A stretch of DNA of 64,000 bases from Brevundimonas sp. (GTDB lineage Bacteria; Pseudomonadota; Alphaproteobacteria; Caulobacterales; Caulobacteraceae), in contig NZ_JAUYNX010000015.1 in the NCBI RefSeq assembly GCF_030704825.1, positions 14,687 through 78,686 of the forward strand, read 5' to 3'. The translations under genes were made by a program, and so were the position numbers. Position 1 is the stretch's first letter. Each line of letters starts with the position of its first letter. Below are positions 37,578 to 46,841 of the stretch, piece by piece. The notes below the pieces were generated by a model that made no database searches, had not been told where the DNA came from, and saw only the letters and a list, made by a program, of their open reading frames with translations.

Positions 37578-37715
37578 GCCCGGAGCGGTTCCGGATCCTG
37601 AACAGCCCCCCCAGCCCCCCTGGATCACTCCACATGGGCTTCAGCGGGCCGATGCTTCCTCCAAAGCGAGACGCCCGCTCCGCCACCCTCCCCCCTCCGG
37701 CAGAGCGGGCGTTTT
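37578..37715 (+). ncRNA. Candidate small RNA with C-rich/CCUCC loops (GsrN- or cuckoo-like)
   Basis: Plus-strand terminator (37671-37715) with no plus-strand gene to terminate; three C-rich hairpin loops; GCGAC-N16-CGTT upstream. 5' end is estimated. Confidence 0.6.
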
Positions 37716-37743
37716 GCTGTCCGGGGCCCGGCGGGCCTCCGGG

Positions 37744-39075
37744 TCAGGGCAGGATGATCTCCACCGGTTCCCCGGCCCGGGTCACCGACAGGATTTTCTG
37801 ACCGGCTCCCTCCAGCGCGGTGGCCAGGGCGTCCAGCCCGGCCACGGCGGAATCGTCGACCAGGGTGATCAGGTCGCCGGCCTGCAATCCCGCCCCGGCG
37901 GCCGGCGAACCGCCCTCGACCGAGAAGACCTGCAGGCCGTCCGACGCGGCCCGGACCGCGGCCCCACGCGCCATGACCGCATCCGGACCGGAAATGACCG
38001 AACGCTCGCGCGGCGTCTCCACCACCACCGTCGCGCGGCCCTCGCGGCCGTCGCGCAGATAGACCACCTCGACCCGGGTTCCCGGCTCGGCGATGCCGAC
38101 GGTCGCGGCCACCGTGCCGGCATTGGAGACGGGGCGATTCTGGATCCGCGTCACCACGTCCCCGCGGCTCAGGCCGGCGGCCTCGGCCGACGAGCCGGGC
38201 GCGACGTCCTCGACCACGGCGCCACGCACGATGCCGAGGCCGAAATCGCGCGAGCGCGCCGCGTTCAGCGACCCGAAGATGGCGCCCGTGGTTCCGCGTT
38301 TGACCTCGCCGGTCTCGCGCAGCTGGGCCGCGACATACATGAGGATGCGGCTGGGCACGGCGAAGGCGATGCCGTCGTTGCCGCCGCCGCCGCCCGACAG
38401 GATGGAGGTGTTGATGCCGATCAGACGGCCGCGGCTGTCCAGCAGCGGTCCGCCGGAGTTGCCCGAGTTCACCGCGGCGTCGGTCTGGATATAGTCCTCG
38501 ATCCGGTCGCCCATGCCCGAACGGCCGAGGCCGGAGATCACCCCCATGGTCAGGGTCTGGTCCAGGCCCAGCGGATAGCCGACGGCGAAGGCGAGATCGC
38601 CGGTCCGCAGCGAATCGGAATTGACCACCTCGATCTGGGACAGGCCGAGGCTGGCCACCGATGGCGCCTCGATCCTGAGCACGGCCAGATCGGTGGCCTT
38701 GTCGGTCCCGATCAGAACGGCGTCGAAGATGCGGCCGTCCGTCAGGTCGACGGTGAATTTCCGCCCCCCCTCGACCACGTGATTGTTGGTGACGACGATC
38801 CCCTCCCGGGCGTCGATGATGGCGCCCGAGCCGCTGGACATCGGACGCGGCTCATTGTCGCCCGAACTGGGTCCCTCGGACTGGCCCAGGGTGGTGACCT
38901 GCACCACGGCGGGCAGGGCCTGCTCCAGTCCGGTGGCGAAGGTGAAGACGCCGCGCCGGGCGTCGAACGGCACGGGCGACTGCTGCGCGGCCGCCGGCGT
39001 GGTCGTCGCCAGCAGCGGGACCGCGACGACAAGCGCCAGCAAGGCAAGACCGCCGGTCCGGTTGGTGGAACGCAT
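37744..39075 (-). CDS. DegP/HtrA (Do) serine protease with two PDZ domains
   Basis: Signal peptide; TNNHV, TDLAVL, QTDAAVNSGNSGG catalytic triad; PDZ repeats (V.PGS.A..AGL..GD). Confidence 0.9.
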   Translation of the reverse strand: MRSTNRTGGLALLALVVAVPLLATTTPAAAQQSPVPFDARRGVFTFATGLEQALPAVVQVTTLGQSEGPSSGDNEPRPMSSGSGAIIDAREGIVVTNNHVVEGGRKFTVDLTDGRIFDAVLIGTDKATDLAVLRIEAPSVASLGLSQIEVVNSDSLRTGDLAFAVGYPLGLDQTLTMGVISGLGRSGMGDRIEDYIQTDAAVNSGNSGGPLLDSRGRLIGINTSILSGGGGGNDGIAFAVPSRILMYVAAQLRETGEVKRGTTGAIFGSLNAARSRDFGLGIVRGAVVEDVAPGSSAEAAGLSRGDVVTRIQNRPVSNAGTVAATVGIAEPGTRVEVVYLRDGREGRATVVVETPRERSVISGPDAVMARGAAVRAASDGLQVFSVEGGSPAAGAGLQAGDLITLVDDSAVAGLDALATALEGAGQKILSVTRAGEPVEIILP

Positions 39076-39101
39076 CGCCAATCCCCTGTTGTTCGCAGAC
39101 C

Positions 39102-40550
39102 CTAGCGCGAGAAACGCGCCGTGACGACAGCCCCCGGCCCGGCGTCATCAATCGTCATGGACGCCCCGTGCCGCTTGAGGATGGCGCGCACGAACGCCAG
39201 CCCCATCCCGTGACTCTCGCGGCCGTTGTCGGCGGCGCTGGAAACGGCGCGCGCCAGGTCGTCCAGCACGGCCGGGTCCATGCCGGGGCCCTGGTCGGCG
39301 ACGGCCAGGACCGGCAGACCGTCCTCGAGCCGCACGCCGAGCGTGACCGTCCCGCCGTCCGGCGAGAATTTGACCGCATTGTCCACCAGATTGGTCACGG
39401 CCCTCTGCAGCAGGGAGCGAACGCCCAGCACCGGCACCGGCGAGGTTTCGACCCGGAGAACGACCCCGCGCTCCTCGGCCAACGGCTGGTAGAGGTCGGC
39501 CGCCGCCGCCGCCAGCCGATCCAGCCGGACCGTCTCGAACACCCAGGCCTCGCCGTCGCGCAGCGCCATGGCCTCGTTCATGGCGCGGGTCAGGCCGGTC
39601 AGGTCGGCGCGGGCCTCGGCCGCCAGGGCGCGGGCCTCGGGCGTGACGCTGGCCTCCTTGAGCCGGTCCAGGCGGGCCGAAGCCCGCGCCAGCGGAGTGC
39701 GGAAATCGTGGGCCAGCTGGTCGGCGGAATCCCGCAGCCAGCTGAGCAGTTCCTCCAGCCGGTCGAGGGTCAGGTTCACCTGGCCGGTCAGTTCGGTGAG
39801 CTCCGGAGCGACCGCGGTCTCGGGGGCCCGCACCGAGAAATCGCCCACCGAGGCCCGGTCCAGCGCCCGGCTGACCTGGGCGACGGCGCTGGTCAGGCGG
39901 CGGCGGGCGAAGGTGGCCGCCGCCAGGCCGAACACCAGCAGCAGAACCCCGGCGGCGGCCACCGCCGCGACGGCCCAGCCCCAGGCTGCGCCCGACCGGT
40001 CGACCACCCGGCCCACCGCGATGTCGAGCGCGCCGACCGACTGGCGCACCACCACCACTTCGACGGCGCGGGAGCGGCATAGCACGCCCCGCTCAAGCTG
40101 GACCACATAGACCCCGTCGCCGAGCCGCGGCGCACGCTCTCCCCGGACAGTTTCCAGCTCCGCCAGACCCGCCGGCTTGCCCACCGGAGCGCGAATGAAC
40201 CGCACCCCCGCGCCTCCGCGGCCCGTGCTGCAGGTCTCCTCGAGGCTGCCGGCCTCGCGGGTCGGGCCGGCCTGGAAGGCGCTCAGCCAGCCGGACAGAT
40301 AGGCGGCGTCGGCCTCGGTGATGCTGGAGGCGGCGAGGCTGGATTCCTCGCCCAGCTTGCCGACCATGGTGCTGTAGTCGTTGAGCGCGGCGAGCGCCGC
40401 CTTCTCTCGCTGGTCCATTCGCACCGCGGCGCTGGTGACCACCAGCGAGCCGATCAGGGCGGCGGCGGCCATGACGGCGATGCCGGCGGCCAGCTGGGTC
40501 GAGGTCCGGCGCCCCAGCCAGACGCCCAGGCCGAACAGGCGGAACGCCAC
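39102..40550 (-). CDS. Membrane sensor histidine kinase (HAMP-HisKA-HATPase)
   Basis: Two TM segments; LAHDFRTPL H-box; NLVDNAVKF N-box; DQGPG; HGMGLAFV. Confidence 0.85.
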   Translation of the reverse strand: MAFRLFGLGVWLGRRTSTQLAAGIAVMAAAALIGSLVVTSAAVRMDQREKAALAALNDYSTMVGKLGEESSLAASSITEADAAYLSGWLSAFQAGPTREAGSLEETCSTGRGGAGVRFIRAPVGKPAGLAELETVRGERAPRLGDGVYVVQLERGVLCRSRAVEVVVVRQSVGALDIAVGRVVDRSGAAWGWAVAAVAAAGVLLLVFGLAAATFARRRLTSAVAQVSRALDRASVGDFSVRAPETAVAPELTELTGQVNLTLDRLEELLSWLRDSADQLAHDFRTPLARASARLDRLKEASVTPEARALAAEARADLTGLTRAMNEAMALRDGEAWVFETVRLDRLAAAAADLYQPLAEERGVVLRVETSPVPVLGVRSLLQRAVTNLVDNAVKFSPDGGTVTLGVRLEDGLPVLAVADQGPGMDPAVLDDLARAVSSAADNGRESHGMGLAFVRAILKRHGASMTIDDAGPGAVVTARFSR

Positions 40551-40556
40551 GGCCGC

Positions 40557-41369
40557 TCAGCCCGTCCAGGCGGACAGGTCCCGAAACACCAGACTCTGGC
40601 TGCGGGCCGAGACGATCAGCGGATGCAGGTCCTCGCCCAGTTCGGGCGCCTGCTCCTTGAGCCGGCGACGCAGGGCGCTGATGCGGGCGTCTATGATGTT
40701 GACGAAATTGTCGGGCAGGAACCGCCATTCGACCCAGCAGCGGTCCCACAGCATGGTCTTGGTCACCGGCTGGCCGCGCGCGGTCATCAGTTCGCAGACG
40801 ATGGCGAACTCCAGCGGCGACAGGTCGATCAGGCGCGAACCGCCCTCGACCTCGAACTTCAGCGTGCGGGCGCCGAAGGCCAGCCGGAAGGGCCCGTTGA
40901 CCAGGTCGCCGCCGGCCGGGGCGGCATGGCGGGCGGCGCGGCGCAGCTGGGCGGCGATGCGAGCCAGCAATTCCTCGTCGCCGACCGGCTTGGCCAGATA
41001 GTCGTCCGCCCCGCCCAGCAGGCCCTCGACCTTCTGGCGCTCGCCCCCCAGGGCGGTCAGCATCAGGGCCGGGGCGTCGGCGCAGGGCCCGCCGCCCGCC
41101 CGGACGCGCTTCAGCGTCTCCAGCCCGTCCAGCCCCTTGGTCAGGCGGTCGAGGATCAGGACATCAAAGGGGCTGGCCGCGGCGGCGATCGCGGCCTCGC
41201 CGCTGTCGACCCGCTCCACGGCCCCGAATCCCGCGTCCAGCAGCCGCCCGGCGACGTGATCGGACAGGGCCGGATCATCCTCCAGCAACAGGGCGCGGCG
41301 GCCGGCGAACACCGCGCGCAGCTGGGCGAAGGGATCGTCGCCGTCGATGCCTGCCGTTTCCCCGTCCAT
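40557..41369 (-). CDS. OmpR-family response regulator
   Basis: LLLEDD, DVLILDR (phospho-Asp), LMLTALG, ADDYLAKP, C-terminal winged helix; GGGGAG SD before ATG 41369. Confidence 0.88.
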   Translation of the reverse strand: MDGETAGIDGDDPFAQLRAVFAGRRALLLEDDPALSDHVAGRLLDAGFGAVERVDSGEAAIAAAASPFDVLILDRLTKGLDGLETLKRVRAGGGPCADAPALMLTALGGERQKVEGLLGGADDYLAKPVGDEELLARIAAQLRRAARHAAPAGGDLVNGPFRLAFGARTLKFEVEGGSRLIDLSPLEFAIVCELMTARGQPVTKTMLWDRCWVEWRFLPDNFVNIIDARISALRRRLKEQAPELGEDLHPLIVSARSQSLVFRDLSAWTG

Positions 41370-41606
41370 GGTCACTCCCCCCGGGCCGACGATACGGCGT
41401 TGAAGCGGAATGACAATGCTCAACGGACCGCGTTCGCGCAGACTAAGCGTCGCGCGGGGTCCCGGGGCTGATTGTTCCTGATCGGGCATTCCAGCGGGCC
41501 GCGGTCGTCGGCCCTTCGGGACCTCCCGACCAGACGCGGCCTGGCGCTTCGCGCATGCCTGGCGCTCAAGCAGCGAGCGACCGCGTCGCGAGCGTTAGCG
41601 CCCCGC

Positions 41607-42797
41607 CTAAAAGGCGCTCTCGCCCGTGATCGCCCGGCCCAGGATCAGGGCGTGGACATCGTGGGCGCCCTCATAGGTATTGACCGTCTCCAGGTTCATG
41701 GCGTGGCGCATGACGTGCATCTCGCCGGTGATGCCGGCGCCGCCGTGCATGTCGCGGGCCTCGCGGGCGATGGCCAAGGCCTTGCCGCAGTTGTTGCGCT
41801 TCATCATCGAGATGGCCTCGGGAACCCAGGCCCCCTGGTCCAGCAACCGGCCCAGGGCCAGGGCGCCCTCGAAACCGAGGAAGATTTCGGTCTGCATGTC
41901 GGCCAGCTTCTTCTGCACCAGCTGGCGCGAGGACAGCGGGCGGCCGAACAGCATGCGCTCGCCGACATAGTCGCGGGTCAGGTGGAAACAGGCCTCGGCC
42001 GCGCCCATCGCCCCCCAGGCGATGCCGTAGCGGGCCTTGTTGAGGCAGGAGAAGGGACCGCGCAGGCCCTTCACGCCCGGAAGCAGGTTCTCCTCCGGCA
42101 CGAAGACGTCGTTCAGGCCGATGTCGCCGGTGATCGAGGCCCGCAGGCTCAGCTTGTCGCCGATCTTGTCGGTGGTGAAGCCTTCCATGCCCCGCTCGAC
42201 GATGAAGCCGCGGATCACGTCGTCCAGCCTGGCCCAGACCACGGCCAGGTCGCTGATCGGCGAGTTGGTGATCCAGTATTTGGCGCCGTTCAGCCTGTAG
42301 CCGCCGTCGACCTTGACCGCCTTCGTCTTCATCGAGGCGGGGTCGGAACCACCGTCGGCCTCGGTCAGGCCGAAGCAGCCGACCAGTTCGCCGGCGGCCA
42401 TGCGGGGCAGGAAGCGCATCTTCTGCTCTTCCGAGCCGAAGGCGTAGATGGGGTACATGGCCAGGGACGACTGCACGCTCATGGCCGAGCGGTAGCCGCT
42501 GTCGACGGCCTCGATCTCGCGCGCGATCAGGCCGTAGGCGACATGGCTGACCGAGGAGCCGCCGTACTGTTCCGGCAGCATGGCGCCGAGGAAGCCCATC
42601 TCGCCCAGCTCGGTCATGATGGCGCGGTCGAAAGTCTCGTCGCGGAAGGCCTCGACGACCCGGGGCAGAAGCTTCTCGCGGGCGTAGGACCGCGCCGCGT
42701 CCTGGATCATCCGTTCGTCGTCGGTCAGCCGGCCCGAAAGGTCCAGCGGGTCGTCCCAGCGAAAGGTCTTGTGCGAAGCGGGGGCGCCGTCGGCCAT
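41607..42797 (-). CDS. gcdH: Glutaryl-CoA dehydrogenase
   Basis: [64 protein letters not shown]. Confidence 0.9.
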   Translation of the reverse strand: MADGAPASHKTFRWDDPLDLSGRLTDDERMIQDAARSYAREKLLPRVVEAFRDETFDRAIMTELGEMGFLGAMLPEQYGGSSVSHVAYGLIAREIEAVDSGYRSAMSVQSSLAMYPIYAFGSEEQKMRFLPRMAAGELVGCFGLTEADGGSDPASMKTKAVKVDGGYRLNGAKYWITNSPISDLAVVWARLDDVIRGFIVERGMEGFTTDKIGDKLSLRASITGDIGLNDVFVPEENLLPGVKGLRGPFSCLNKARYGIAWGAMGAAEACFHLTRDYVGERMLFGRPLSSRQLVQKKLADMQTEIFLGFEGALALGRLLDQGAWVPEAISMMKRNNCGKALAIAREARDMHGGAGITGEMHVMRHAMNLETVNTYEGAHDVHALILGRAITGESAF

Positions 42798-42939
42798 GAG
42801 GTCGTCTTTCCTGAGCGTGGCGGGGACTCGCGGCGGAATCGTCGCGCGATCCCGGCATCCCCCCTGTTCTGGCGCGCGGTTTAGGCCAAAATGCACCGGT
42901 CGGGTAGAGGGACGGCCCGACGCAGGCTAGACTGTCAGC

Positions 42940-43206
42940 ATGAGCCGCACCTTCCATCGCCTGTTCGTCGAACACCCGCGCGAGGTCGACGAAAGCTATC
43001 TCCACCATATGGCCGCCTCGTCGCGGTTCGGCTTCCGCCTGCTCAAGCTGGCGGCCTGCGCCTTCGCGCATGCGCTGGTCCCCGGCGTGCACAAGGCCAC
43101 GGTCTCGAAAGAGGTCTGCTGCATGGCCGAGGAAGTCGGGGGCCGCGCCCGCGAGGCCCGCGAGTGCCGGATGCGGAACGCAGGCGTGTGGGACCCGGGG
43201 CTCTGA
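42940..43206 (+). CDS. Small protein, DUF6356-like
   Basis: LF.EHP..V.ESY..H...S..F...L...A.A.F.HAL.P pattern. Confidence 0.65.
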   Translation: MSRTFHRLFVEHPREVDESYLHHMAASSRFGFRLLKLAACAFAHALVPGVHKATVSKEVCCMAEEVGGRAREARECRMRNAGVWDPGL

Positions 43207-44390
43207 AGGGCCCGCTCTCCGGCGTTCGCGTCCTCGACCTCAGCCGCGTGCTCGCCGGGCCGTGGGCGACGCAGACGCTGGCCGATCTCGGGGCCGAGGT
43301 GATCAAGATCGAGCGGCCCGGGGTCGGCGACGACACCCGCGCCTGGGGCCCGCCCTTCACCACGAAGGCCGACGGTTCGAAGGGCGACGCGGCCTATTTC
43401 CTGTGCGCCAACCGGGGCAAGAAATCGGTCGAGCTGGATCTGGCCACGCCCGAAGGCGCAGAGATCGTCCGTCAACTGAGCAAGACCTGCGACGTGGTGG
43501 TCGAGAATTTCAGGACCGGCGGGCTGAAGAAATACGGCCTCGACCACGCGGCCCTGTCGGCCGTCAATCCGAAGCTGGTCTATTGCTCGATCACCGGCTT
43601 CGGCCAGGACGGGCCCGACGCCCGACGCGCCGGCTACGACTATATGATCCAGGCCATGGGCGGGCTGATGTCGATCACCGGCCAGCCCGACGGCGCGGCC
43701 GGGGCCGAGCCGATGAAGGTCGGCGTCGCGGTGGTGGACCTGTTCACCGGCCTCTACGCCTCGAACGCCATCCTCGCCGCCCTGCTTCACGCGCGGGCGA
43801 CGGGGCAGGGCCAGCACATCGACATCGCCCTGTTCGACGTCCAGGCGGCCATGCTGGCCAACCAGGCGACCAATTTCTTCGTCTCCAGCAAGGCCCCTAC
43901 CCGGATGGGCAACGCCCACCCCAACCTCGCGCCCTATCAGCCCTTTCCGTGCACGGACGGCATGGTGGTCATCGCGGTCGGCAACGACGGCCAGTTCCGG
44001 GCCCTTGCCGGAGCGCTGGGGGCGGACGGCATGGGCGCCGACCCCCGCTTCCTGACCAACGCGCTGCGCATCGAGCACCGGGCGGCCCTGACGGCCGAGC
44101 TGTCGGCCCTGACGGCGGGGCTGAGCATGCACGGGCTGATGGCGGCGCTGGACGCCGCAGGCGTCCCGTGCGGCCCGGTCAACACCATCGATCAGGTGTT
44201 CGACGAGCCCCAGGCGAAGCATCGCGGGCTGGAGGTGACCCAGGATCGCCCCGACCTGTCGGCGCCGGTGCGCACCGTCGCCTCGCCGATCCGGATGTCC
44301 CTGACGCCCGTGGCCTACGACCGGCCCCCGCCCGCGCTGGGAGCGGACACGGACGCCGTCCTCGGCTCCATCTCCGGGGCGCGGTCCTAG
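43188..44390 (+). CDS. CaiB/BaiF (class III) CoA-transferase, probable succinyl-CoA:glutarate type
   Basis: GPLSGVRVLDLSRVLAGP, GDDTRAWGPP, NRGKKS, AGYD, RMGNAHP, PPALGADT; start (GTG 43188) is uncertain. Confidence 0.85.
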   Translation: MGPGALKGPLSGVRVLDLSRVLAGPWATQTLADLGAEVIKIERPGVGDDTRAWGPPFTTKADGSKGDAAYFLCANRGKKSVELDLATPEGAEIVRQLSKTCDVVVENFRTGGLKKYGLDHAALSAVNPKLVYCSITGFGQDGPDARRAGYDYMIQAMGGLMSITGQPDGAAGAEPMKVGVAVVDLFTGLYASNAILAALLHARATGQGQHIDIALFDVQAAMLANQATNFFVSSKAPTRMGNAHPNLAPYQPFPCTDGMVVIAVGNDGQFRALAGALGADGMGADPRFLTNALRIEHRAALTAELSALTAGLSMHGLMAALDAAGVPCGPVNTIDQVFDEPQAKHRGLEVTQDRPDLSAPVRTVASPIRMSLTPVAYDRPPPALGADTDAVLGSISGARS

Positions 44391-44795
44391 CCGCCGAGCG
44401 CCGTCATCAGGCATCCGGCGACCGGGAAGACCACGAACGCCAGGACGATGACGACGGCGCCCGCCTTCTTCGCTTGGCCGAGCACCCCGCTGATTTCGTC
44501 CTCCCTGAGATCGCCGACCTTGCCGGGAACGGCCTCGATCTTCCAGTCGCCGGTTTCGTCATCCGTCGGATCGATGAACTCGTCCTTGCGAGCGCGGGCG
44601 ATGATCTCCCGCGCTGACGATCTGGCGATCCGGGGCGACGACGCGGACGCCGCCGATGGCGATCAGGAGATCCGGGTTGATGGTCGCCACGTCCCGGTCG
44701 GGCAGGAAGGCCTCTATGCCATGACGTCGGAGGAGGGCGACGGCCAGTTCCCCTTCGGGGATCGTCGAAAAGCGGGCGACCTCGAACTGGCTCAT
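44387..44795 (-). pseudogene. Frameshifted DUF2007-like membrane protein
   Basis: 60 codons from ATG 44795, then one out-of-register base at 44615, then a 75-codon continuation ending in a TM helix and TAG at 44387. Confidence 0.7.
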
Positions 44796-44798
44796 GCC

Positions 44799-45194
44799 TC
44801 AGCGTAACACGCCGGACTGGCACCACCAGAGCACGGCCAGGGTCGGGCCGGTGTAGGCGACGAAGGCGTTGATCGTGCTGCGTCTGAGAGCGGTCAGTTC
44901 GGGGCCTTCGGGCCGAAGCCAGCGTTGCGCCCAGAGCAGGTAGCCGGCCTGGACGATCCAGCAGGCGACGAAGGCCGGAACGGCCCACCGGCTCAGAAAC
45001 GCCAGGGTCAGGCCGGACAGCAGGGTCAGGGCGGCGATGACGGCGAGCATAACGTCGGCCGCCTTCTCGGCCGGCGACGTCCCCATGAAGGCGCCGAACA
45101 CCCGCTCGAGCCGCCAGTTCATGATGGCCTGCCGGACGGTGATCACACCGGCGAGGATGTAGAAGGCCCCGACGAGGCGCGCGATCCAGTCCAT
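44799..45194 (-). CDS. Hypothetical 4-TM membrane protein
   Basis: 131 aa hydrophobic ORF directly after sucB, 3 nt before the next ATG. Confidence 0.7.
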   Translation of the reverse strand: MDWIARLVGAFYILAGVITVRQAIMNWRLERVFGAFMGTSPAEKAADVMLAVIAALTLLSGLTLAFLSRWAVPAFVACWIVQAGYLLWAQRWLRPEGPELTALRRSTINAFVAYTGPTLAVLWWCQSGVLR

Positions 45195-45246
45195 GGCGCG
45201 ATCCTGGACCGGATCGCGCGCCCTGACGCCTGACAGGACCTGTCGG

Positions 45247-46803
45247 CTACAGGTCCAGCAACGCTCGCGCCGGGTCTTCCAGCAGCTCCTTGACCCGCAC
45301 GAGGAAGGTCACCGCCTCCTTGCCGTCGACGATGCGGTGATCGTAGCTGAGGGCCAGGTACATCATCGGCCGGATCAGCACCTGTCCGTCCACCGCCATC
45401 GGGCGCTGGACGATGTTGTGCATGCCCAGGATGCCCGACTGCGGCGCGTTCAGGATCGGCGTCGACATCAGCGAGCCGTAGGTGCCGCCGTTGGTGATGG
45501 TGAAGGTGCCGCCCTGCAGCTGATCAAGGGTCAGGTCGCCGTCGCGGGCCGCCTTGCCGAGGGCCGCGATCCCCTTCTCGATACCCGCCAGTGACAGCTG
45601 GTCGGCGTCGCGCAGCACCGGCACGACGAGACCCTTTTCGGTGCCGACGGCGACGCCGATGTCGTAGTGATTCTTGTAGATGATGTCCGTGCCGTCGATC
45701 TCGGCGTTGACGGCCGGGATCTCCTTCAGGGCCGCGACGATGGCCTTGGTGAAGAAGGACATGAAGCCCAGCTTCACGCCGTGGCGCTTCTCGAACGCCT
45801 CCTTGTACTGGGCGCGCAGGGCCATGACGTTGGTCATGTCCACCTCGTTAAAGGTGGTCAGCTGGGCGGCCGTGTTCTGCGATTCCTTCAGGCGGCGCGC
45901 GATGGTCTGGCGCAGGCGGGTCATCCTGACCCGCTCCTCGCGCGGCTGGTCGGCGCGCGGCGCGGCGGGCGCCGCCGGTGCCGCGGCGGGCGCCGGGGCC
46001 GTCGCGCCGATGGCGGCGATGGCGTCGGCCTTGGTGATGTGGCCCTTGGGTCCGGTGGCGGCGATGGCCTTGGGATCGAGGTTGTTCTCGGTCACCACGC
46101 GCTGGACGGCGGGCGACAGGTGCGGCTCCTCGCCCGGCTTGATCTGGGCCGAGCCGGCGTTGGCCGAGGCGGGCGCGGCGGCGGCCGGAGCGGGGCTGGC
46201 GCCCTCGCCCGAGGCGGCGATGCTGCCGATCTGCTGGCCCGGCGCGACGGTCGAACCGGCCTCGGCGTCGATGGTCAGCACGCCGGCGGCCGGGGCGGAC
46301 ACCTCGACGGCGACCTTGTCAGTCTCGATCTCGACCAGCATTTCGTCCTTGGCCACGGTGTCGCCGGCCTTCTTCAACCAGGTCCCCATGGTGCCCTCGG
46401 CGACGCTCTCGCCCATGGTCGGCGTCATGATCGGGACGGCGCCGGCCGAGGCGGCGGCGGGGGCAGGGGTGGCGGGAGCGGGCTCAGCGGCCGGAGCGGC
46501 CTCGGCCTTCGGCGCGGGCGCGGCCTTCGCTTCAGCCTTCGGGGCCTCGGCGGCCGGAGCGGCCGCAGCGCCTTGGCTGACCACGCCCAGCACGGCGCCC
46601 GGGGTCACGGTCTCGCCGTCGGGCGCCTTGATCTCGGACAGGATGCCGTCGGCGGGCGAGACCACTTCCAGGGACACCTTGTCGGTCTCCAGCTCGACCA
46701 GGACCTCGTCCTTCTTCACGGCGTCGCCGGCCTTCTTCGTCCACTTGCCGATGGTGGCTTCGGTGACGGATTCACCGAGGGCGGGGGTGAGGATGTCGGC
46801 CAT
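45247..46803 (-). CDS. sucB: 2-oxoglutarate dehydrogenase E2 with two lipoyl domains
   Basis: Two ETDKV lipoyl motifs, HLSPAV E3-binding domain, TFNEVDM, DHRIVDG. Confidence 0.95.
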   Translation of the reverse strand: MADILTPALGESVTEATIGKWTKKAGDAVKKDEVLVELETDKVSLEVVSPADGILSEIKAPDGETVTPGAVLGVVSQGAAAAPAAEAPKAEAKAAPAPKAEAAPAAEPAPATPAPAAASAGAVPIMTPTMGESVAEGTMGTWLKKAGDTVAKDEMLVEIETDKVAVEVSAPAAGVLTIDAEAGSTVAPGQQIGSIAASGEGASPAPAAAAPASANAGSAQIKPGEEPHLSPAVQRVVTENNLDPKAIAATGPKGHITKADAIAAIGATAPAPAAAPAAPAAPRADQPREERVRMTRLRQTIARRLKESQNTAAQLTTFNEVDMTNVMALRAQYKEAFEKRHGVKLGFMSFFTKAIVAALKEIPAVNAEIDGTDIIYKNHYDIGVAVGTEKGLVVPVLRDADQLSLAGIEKGIAALGKAARDGDLTLDQLQGGTFTITNGGTYGSLMSTPILNAPQSGILGMHNIVQRPMAVDGQVLIRPMMYLALSYDHRIVDGKEAVTFLVRVKELLEDPARALLDL

Positions 46804-46841
46804 GGTCGGTTCCAGGTCTCGTTCAGATCAGTTGAAGGCGT

